DNA of 32,000 nucleotides from Anaeromicropila herbilytica (GTDB taxonomy: Bacteria > Bacillota > Clostridia > Lachnospirales > Lachnospiraceae), in NCBI RefSeq assembly GCF_016591975.1, contig NZ_AP024169.1, forward strand, positions 3,777,295 to 3,809,294. The letters run 5' to 3'. Every line of letters begins with the position of its first letter. Within the stretch, counting starts at the first letter, position 1. Below, one piece after another: positions 7,227-12,962 of the stretch. Below the pieces are notes generated by a model. That model searched no databases and was not told where the DNA came from. It saw nothing but the letters and a program-made list of their open reading frames with translations. Both the position numbers and the translations under genes were made by a program.

Positions 7227-8054
7227 ATGAATATTAATAATTTTGCAGAAAGACTTATCATAGCTAGAAAAGAAAAAGGATATACTCAAGAAGAATTAGC
7301 TTTACGCTTGGGTGTTACCCCTCAGGCAATTTCAAAATGGGAGCGAAATAATAGCTATCCAGATATAGAATTACTTTGCTCTATTGCAAATGTTCTAGAT
7401 TCTTCTTTGGATTATCTATTAAATATCCAGTTAAAATCCTCTCAAATGACAGATGATATTAATGAACTTAAGAAACAGCAGTTACTTCAAAGTGCTTTAT
7501 CAGACCCTCTTCTTCTAGAAATAGGTACCTCCTTAGTTGAATTGATGATTGAGGAAAATCAAAATCAATTCAAACATCTCCATACCGTTAAGGAACATCT
7601 AGCTGAACAATATGGCATAATACTTCCACTTGTTCGTATTCGCGATGTTGATAGCATCGGTGAATATGAATATCGATTTTATAGTTATGATAAATTAATT
7701 GGTTCTGGTACTTTAACACCTTTTATAAATTATGAAGAAGAAAAAGAAGATGCCATTCGAGTAATAATGGAACACTTTGAAAAAGTTGCTTATGAGAACT
7801 ATTCTAAGATTATTAATAAAGAAATAGTAAGTAACTTAATTACAAGCCTTAGGTTGGACTATCCAGCAGTAGTCGAAGGGGTTATACCAGAAAAGATCTC
7901 TCTCTTAACTCTTGTTCAAATACTTAGTAAATTAGTGGAGAACCGAACTTCCATTCGTAACCTTATTAAAATTATTGAGATTATTGAGAATGAAATAGAT
8001 AAAACAAGCGATTATGATGCCATTGTCTCGATTATTGAAGATTACCTCAAATAA
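7227..8054 (+). CDS. XRE-family HTH fused to an FlhA/FHIPEP cytoplasmic-domain-like module
   Basis: N-terminus 'RLIIARKEKGYTQEELALRLGVTPQAISKWERNNSYPDIELLCSIANVLDSSLDYLL' is a classic HTH_3. The C-terminal ~180 aa (nt ~7503-8051) contain 'LLLEIGTSLVEL...ILPLVRIRD...EYEYRF' and 'YPAVVEGVIPEKISLLTLVQILSKLVENRTSIRNLIKIIEII'. These parallel the recalled FlhA C-domain motifs 'IEFEFGYGLIPL...VIPVVRIRDN...NEYRLKI' and 'YPVLVEEVTPNPLSVGDIQKVLAKLLKEKVSIRNLVTIFETL'. RBS 'aaaggag'. Confidence 0.8.
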   Translation: MNINNFAERLIIARKEKGYTQEELALRLGVTPQAISKWERNNSYPDIELLCSIANVLDSSLDYLLNIQLKSSQMTDDINELKKQQLLQSALSDPLLLEIGTSLVELMIEENQNQFKHLHTVKEHLAEQYGIILPLVRIRDVDSIGEYEYRFYSYDKLIGSGTLTPFINYEEEKEDAIRVIMEHFEKVAYENYSKIINKEIVSNLITSLRLDYPAVVEGVIPEKISLLTLVQILSKLVENRTSIRNLIKIIEIIENEIDKTSDYDAIVSIIEDYLK

Positions 8055-8060
8055 GAACTG

Positions 8061-8096
8061 AAAATAAGCTAGTGTTTTTCACTAGCTTATTTATCT
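8061..8096. terminator. Bidirectional terminator between convergent genes
   Basis: Stem 'ataagctagtg' / 'cactagcttat' with loop 'ttttt'. It has A-rich 5' and T-rich 3' flanks. Confidence 0.75.
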
Positions 8097-8126
8097 TCAT
8101 AATTTTATCTATTTAATTCTACTACT

Positions 8127-9920
8127 CTAAAAACCATTCAAGTTAAGTAGCTTTATTTTTGAAGCATAATCAACAAAAGAAGTATTGACATCAACCCTTC
8201 CTGAGATTCCATTTACCGAACCCGAAGAACTATATTGCCACAATCCAACAGCTCCACTATAGGTAATAGAAGATCCCCACTGTGCTAGCCAGTGATCATA
8301 ATCTTCTAGTTTGGTATCATCCAGTTTGGTTGTAAACCATGTTTTATTGGTATAGATAACAGGATAATATCCTGCCTCTTTTAGTTTATCTAAATATACA
8401 AGAGCAATTTTAGTTAATGTATCCTTACTAAGTTTACTTTGAGAAGAATCTTCAATATCAACGCATACTGGATATTCAAATGTTTTTCCTTCTAATTGTT
8501 TGATAAAAAATTCTACCTCTGTGGTTGCTTTCGCCACAGTAGTAGCATAACTGTAATGATAAGCTCCTACCGCAATTCCATTATCCTTAGCCCCTTGATA
8601 ATTTTTCTCAAACATAGGATCAACGCTACTACTTCCATAGGAAGCTCTAAGCATTGCAAATTCAACTCCGTCTTCCTCTACTGCCTCCCAATCAATGTTA
8701 CCTTGCCATTTTGATACATCAATTCCTTTAATCTCAGCATTCTTAACCGTCACCTTACATGTTGCAGTTTTCTCCCCATCATCCGTTGTTACATAAATAA
8801 TAGCGGAACCTGTAGCAACGGCTGTGATCTTACCTTTACTACTTACTGTAGCAACCGTCTTATCTGAAGACTTCCAAGTCACAGACTTATTTGTAGCATT
8901 TTGAGGCGTTATTGATGCTTTTAAAGTATATGTCTCTCCTAATGCTAGTGTATTTGAAGTCTTATTTAGTGATACAGACTGCACATCCGCTTGTGATATC
9001 TTTTTACTAATGGAAGAGGAATAGCTACTATATACTTTCTTTTGATCTACTTTACGATACGCCCTAACTTTATAATAATAAGTTGTTCCAGATGTTAACT
9101 CTGAATCATCATAACTAGTTGTTGATACCGTTGCTAACAGCTCATAAGTACCTGCATTTTGCGTTGCTCGATATAATTGATATCCACTTGCTCCCGATGT
9201 ACTTTTCCAACTTAATTGTATGCTACTTTCGGTTGAGGATTGAACACTTAAAGAAGATGGCGCTGATAATGAGGGTTTCGTACATACCACTACAGAATAA
9301 TTACTATATACACTTGCTTTTCCAACGGTTTTACATGCTCTCACTTTGTAGTAGTAGGTTGTTCCTGTGCTTACTGTTTTGTCCTTATAACTCTTTCCCT
9401 TTATAGTAGCAATAGATTTATATGTACCAGTTTTACTTGTACTACGAAATAACTGATACCTAGTGGCTCCAGCTACTCCTCCCCAACTGATATTAACACT
9501 ATCATAAGAAGATGTTGTTTTTACTAAAGTCGGTGATGAAGGAATTGGTTTTGCCTTTGTAGCTGTAGAAAATGAACTATAAGTCATTTTACTTGAAGTA
9601 ATTTTATATGCTTTTATTTTGTAATAGTATGTTGTTCCTGTGGTTAATCCTGTATTTTTATATGTATGAGCAGTAGTAGTCATAATCAGTTTATAAGTCC
9701 CCTTACTCGATGTAGCTCTATAAACTTTGTATCCACTTACCCCAGATACCGTGTTCCAACTGATATAGGAACTATTATAAGAGTAAGATACAGCTTTCAC
9801 ACTTCCTGGCTTAGATGGAGCTTTCGTTGCTGCGCTAGCAGACATCTCCGGTAATACGAGTCCTCCAGTAATAATTAGAAACAATAGAATGATACTAAAA
9901 TTATTTTTTATTCCTTTCAT
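8127..9920 (-). CDS. Secreted cell-wall hydrolase: signal peptide + 3 FN3-like repeats + Big_2 + GH25 muramidase (lysozyme)
   Basis: Signal peptide 'MKGIKNNFSIILLFLIITGGLVLPEMSASA'. Three ~90-aa repeats each end in 'GTTYYYK(I/V)(K/R)A'. Big_2 region: 'VQSVSLNKTSNTLALGETYTLKASITPQNATNKSVTWKSSDKTVATV'. GH25 region: 'GIDVSKWQGNIDWEAVEEDGVEFAMLRASYG...CVDIED'. Confidence 0.9.
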   Translation of the reverse strand: MKGIKNNFSIILLFLIITGGLVLPEMSASAATKAPSKPGSVKAVSYSYNSSYISWNTVSGVSGYKVYRATSSKGTYKLIMTTTAHTYKNTGLTTGTTYYYKIKAYKITSSKMTYSSFSTATKAKPIPSSPTLVKTTSSYDSVNISWGGVAGATRYQLFRSTSKTGTYKSIATIKGKSYKDKTVSTGTTYYYKVRACKTVGKASVYSNYSVVVCTKPSLSAPSSLSVQSSTESSIQLSWKSTSGASGYQLYRATQNAGTYELLATVSTTSYDDSELTSGTTYYYKVRAYRKVDQKKVYSSYSSSISKKISQADVQSVSLNKTSNTLALGETYTLKASITPQNATNKSVTWKSSDKTVATVSSKGKITAVATGSAIIYVTTDDGEKTATCKVTVKNAEIKGIDVSKWQGNIDWEAVEEDGVEFAMLRASYGSSSVDPMFEKNYQGAKDNGIAVGAYHYSYATTVAKATTEVEFFIKQLEGKTFEYPVCVDIEDSSQSKLSKDTLTKIALVYLDKLKEAGYYPVIYTNKTWFTTKLDDTKLEDYDHWLAQWGSSITYSGAVGLWQYSSSGSVNGISGRVDVNTSFVDYASKIKLLNLNGF

Positions 9921-10099
9921 TTGTGTTTAAATAGCCTCCTGATTTCTTAATTTTTGATTATATATATATTAAGCTCAAAATGTGATACTAACTTGTCATT
10001 TCTATTCCAATATAGAATAATTCTGACACAAATGGATATTTTATCAATATTTTAGTAGCAATTTATACTATGCATTTTATAAAATTGTATTTATGGTTT

Positions 10100-10175
10100 G
10101 GGTGTCAAAAGTCATTCTCTACATTAATTATACAGCGATATACACTCAATAAACTAAAAATGACTTTTGACACCC
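10100..10175. repeat. 76-bp hairpin element with 17-bp perfect inverted arms; a related copy is at 26882-26929
   Basis: 'gggtgtcaaaagtcatt' (10100-10116) and 'aatgacttttgacaccc' (10159-10175) are separated by a 42-nt spacer. The reverse complement of 10129-10175 aligns at roughly 80% identity with 26882-26929. Confidence 0.85.
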
Positions 10176-10189
10176 TAACCATTTATACA

Positions 10190-10235
10190 ATAAATAAAAA
10201 TACCGAAAGAATAGATTCCCTATCCTTTCGGTATT
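10190..10235 (-). terminator. Rho-independent terminator of the MetRS-family gene
   Basis: On the minus strand, the stem 'ataccgaaag' / 'ctttcggtat' is followed by 'ttttatttatt'. It begins 8 nt after the stop codon (10243-10245). Confidence 0.8.
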
Positions 10236-10242
10236 TCATCAC

Positions 10243-12264
10243 TTATTCTGCTATAATCTGGCTCTCATGTTTTGCAAAGAAGTCAATTCTTGGTTCCAAG
10301 AATTTCAACTCATGGTGCTCTACATCCTTTGTAAAGAAATCCATTGTCTCGAAGATATATTCCCAATTCCAGATCTTATCACTTACATTTAGATAATCAC
10401 GAATCATCTCACATCCTTCTGGGGCAATAGGATGAATGAATGCTGTTGCAGTTCGAACAGCATGGAAGGAGTCAATTAACACTTGCTTTCTAAGAGCATC
10501 ATCTTCCTCTTTCTCAGCTATTCTCATATTATTTACCCAATATTTATTAGCATTACGAAGATAAGTATCTAACAAATAAGTAATCATATGAAACTCGTGA
10601 TTATACATTTTTAGTTCATAATCAAGAATAGCTTCTTTAGCTTCTGATAGCACAGAATCACTTATGGAACCTTCTGGAATCTTAGAGTCATAATATTTTT
10701 GTGCTGTATAGAAGCAAGAACGAACCAAGCGATTGAATACATTGGTTAATAAATTGCCATCTTTTAGAACTGTATCTACCCCTTCTCTTTCCTCTTCTTT
10801 CATATAGACTTGTGGCTTAAAGCTTACGCTTTTATTCGATAATCCAAGACTTAGGAAATGAATTCTTAATTGTTCCTTTGTATAGTAGTTCAGTAGTTCT
10901 TTTGCCATTGGAGGCTTAATCTCACTGCTACTACTTGCTTTCTTATCCATAAAAAGTATATGATTGTTAGCAATTAGGTGAGTTGATCTTAACTTACCCT
11001 CTTCTGGATCAATCGTATAATCTTTTCCCTGCAAAGCCATAAATAAAGCCATTTGCGCAACTCCATAGAAATAGATATTATCCTCACCTATGAATTGATA
11101 TACCTTTGCATCTTTGGACTTCCACCAGTTTTCCCATTCTGTTTTATCCTTACCAATTGATTCTAGATAAGTTTTGGTAAATGATATTGGAGCCCATAAG
11201 GATTCTGGCCATACCCAGAAAGTTAGATTCGATTCACCTTCAATTTCTGGTACTTTCACTCCCCATTCAATATTACCTGTCAAACGGAATGGAACTAAAG
11301 TCTTACCTGTTCGATAGTTAATTCCCTCTTTGGTTAAGATGTTACAAGCTTCTTCCCTGTCTGTCAACTTTTCAAACAAGATCGTTATTGATGCTTTTTT
11401 CTCTTCTTCAAGTAGCTTATGTTTAGGAAGAGCATCTATGATATCTTTCTTCTCTTCATAGTAAGATTTCTTAATATATATGATAGGTTTTTTTAAGAAT
11501 TCTTCCATGGTATTCAATTGATATTTTCTTGAGTTTGTATTTGTTCTAAAATAGGATACCAATTCTCTCAGCGGTTCAAAGAATTCTTCTAATTTGAAAT
11601 ACCAATTGGATACTTCTCTTAATTCGGGTTTCTTACTAGATAAAGCACTAATTGGGTTAATTAATTCACTTGGCATATACTGATGTCCTAAAGAACACTC
11701 ATCTGCATAACCTTTCTCTGATTGACATCCTTCAATTGGACATTTACCAACTACCTGCCTTCCATTTAGGAACACCTTATACTCTGGATCATAGAATTGA
11801 GGTGTCGATAGTTTTTCAAGATATCCATTATGATAAAGTGATTCAAAAATATCCTTTGATACTTCTTCATGAATCTCACTTGCTCTATCTAGAGCACTTG
11901 CTCCATATAGGTTTAAACTAATATCATAATCTTCTAATGTCTGTTTTTGCTTTTCATGATTACCATTCACATAATCATGAATACTTCCGTCAAATTCACC
12001 ATTCTCTACAAGTTTACGATAACTCTCTAAGATTGGTGATCCATAGCAGTCCGTGCCAGATACAAAGATTACATTCTCTTCACCAATTCGATCCCTTAAG
12101 AACCTTGCAAAGGTATCTGCATGAACGAATACTCCACCAACATGACCAAAATGTAATTCTTTATTACCATATGGCATACCAGCTGTTATCACTGCTCTTT
12201 TAGGAAATTCAGGTCTGACTTTTTCCTTTTTGGGTCTTCTATCAATTTTATTATTGTCTTCCAT
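10243..12264 (-). CDS. metG: Methionyl-tRNA synthetase family class I aaRS (divergent; no C-terminal tRNA-binding domain)
   Basis: HIGH region: 'MPYGNKELHFGHVGG', then 'SGTDCYGSPI'. 'QFYDPEYKVFLNGRQVVGKCPIEGCQSEKGYADECSLGHQYMPSELINP' parallels recalled E. coli MetRS '[48 protein letters not shown]'. 'YQFIGEDNIYFYG' parallels 'YHFIGKDIVYFH'. The KMSKS position reads 'KKASSSS'. A T-box leader lies upstream. Confidence 0.85.
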   Translation of the reverse strand: MEDNNKIDRRPKKEKVRPEFPKRAVITAGMPYGNKELHFGHVGGVFVHADTFARFLRDRIGEENVIFVSGTDCYGSPILESYRKLVENGEFDGSIHDYVNGNHEKQKQTLEDYDISLNLYGASALDRASEIHEEVSKDIFESLYHNGYLEKLSTPQFYDPEYKVFLNGRQVVGKCPIEGCQSEKGYADECSLGHQYMPSELINPISALSSKKPELREVSNWYFKLEEFFEPLRELVSYFRTNTNSRKYQLNTMEEFLKKPIIYIKKSYYEEKKDIIDALPKHKLLEEEKKASITILFEKLTDREEACNILTKEGINYRTGKTLVPFRLTGNIEWGVKVPEIEGESNLTFWVWPESLWAPISFTKTYLESIGKDKTEWENWWKSKDAKVYQFIGEDNIYFYGVAQMALFMALQGKDYTIDPEEGKLRSTHLIANNHILFMDKKASSSSEIKPPMAKELLNYYTKEQLRIHFLSLGLSNKSVSFKPQVYMKEEEREGVDTVLKDGNLLTNVFNRLVRSCFYTAQKYYDSKIPEGSISDSVLSEAKEAILDYELKMYNHEFHMITYLLDTYLRNANKYWVNNMRIAEKEEDDALRKQVLIDSFHAVRTATAFIHPIAPEGCEMIRDYLNVSDKIWNWEYIFETMDFFTKDVEHHELKFLEPRIDFFAKHESQIIAE

Positions 12265-12393
12265 TCTCTTTCTCCTATCTTTACCGTTAATCTCTTAATA
12301 CAATTTCAATATACTATATTTAAATTGTATTTCAGTTATATTTCTTATTAATATTCTTTTTACTATTTCGCAAATATAACACTAAAAAAGTAT

Positions 12394-12750
12394 AAAAAAA
12401 ATCACCTCCTACATTAATCTGTAGGGGCGAGAATATCGCGGTACCACCCTATTTTATTAATATGTCACCATATTAATCTTATCAAGTACAGCAACCACTT
12501 TGCATATACTCTAGTTCTGTAACGTGAACATACGTCATAGCATCATCTAACACTTTCAAATAAGATTATCAATAATCTATAGTTATTGATATTGTCTAAA
12601 AACATTCTATTCTATCTTCAAGTATTAAAATCCGTATGAAGCTCAGAGGCTTGTTTCATTACTATTTTGTCTGTTTTCTCTCAGCGTCTCGAAAACTTCT
12701 CTGTAAGATTACATAATAATTACTCTTCTCGTCATTGCTTATCATTTTAT
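12394..12750 (-). promoter_or_regulatory. T-box riboswitch leader with intrinsic terminator
   Basis: All on the minus strand. Stem I starts with 'UGACGAGAAGAGUA' (K-turn plus S-turn AGUA). It has an AG bulge 'ACAGAGAAG' and a distal loop 'GCUGAGAG' closed by GUUUUC/GAAAAC. The 3' specifier-loop strand reads 'GAAACAAGC' followed by 'CUCUGAGC'. The T-box sequence 'AAUAGGGUGGUACCGCG' corresponds to plus 12437-12449 ('cgcggtaccaccc'). The terminator is 'CGCCCCUACA..UGUAGGAGGUG' plus U8 (12394-12429). Confidence 0.9.
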
Positions 12751-12758
12751 TTATTTTT

Positions 12759-12787
12759 ATTATATTTAAGATTTATAAAACTGTCAA
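12759..12787 (-). promoter_or_regulatory. Consensus sigma-A promoter driving the T-box leader/metG
   Basis: Minus strand: TTGACA (12787..12782), 17-nt spacer, TATAAT (12764..12759). Confidence 0.7.
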
Positions 12788-12877
12788 ACAAAATTTGGAT
12801 ATATTGCACTTTTAACTAGAAAGTTTCACTAATATACTAATTATTTTTCCCAACTTTATTTATAATATTAGTAGCAT

Positions 12878-12916
12878 AAAAGGCTATTTGGATTTTAATT
12901 TTCCAAATAGCCTTTT
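12878..12916 (-). terminator. Terminator downstream of the P-type ATPase gene
   Basis: Hairpin 'aaaaggctatttgga' / 'tccaaatagcctttt' with an 8-9-nt loop. It lies 47 nt past the ATPase stop codon. Confidence 0.7.
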
Positions 12917-12962
12917 AACATTTTATAAAGATGAATATTTCCAGTTTTGTATCTTTATATGA

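Noticed and set aside
10017-10031. 'aattctgacacaaat' upstream of the GH25 gene, which partly resembles the 'aattcctgacagac' start of the 20-bp tandem repeat at 6909.
   Set aside because: It is only a ~10-nt gapped match, which is within chance expectation for this window size and base composition.
10070-10396. 108-aa plus-strand ORF spanning the 76-bp hairpin repeat and the metG terminator, running into the metG 3' end.
   Set aside because: It crosses a terminator and a repeat element, overlaps metG antisense, and has no RBS. It is most likely spurious.
12657-12659. AUG as the T-box specifier codon, the expected answer for a MetRS gene.
   Set aside because: This is not rejected outright. 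In my manual fold it overlaps the upper stem and the S-turn GAA rather than occupying the canonical position, which reads ACA. It is kept as an open question in the findings.
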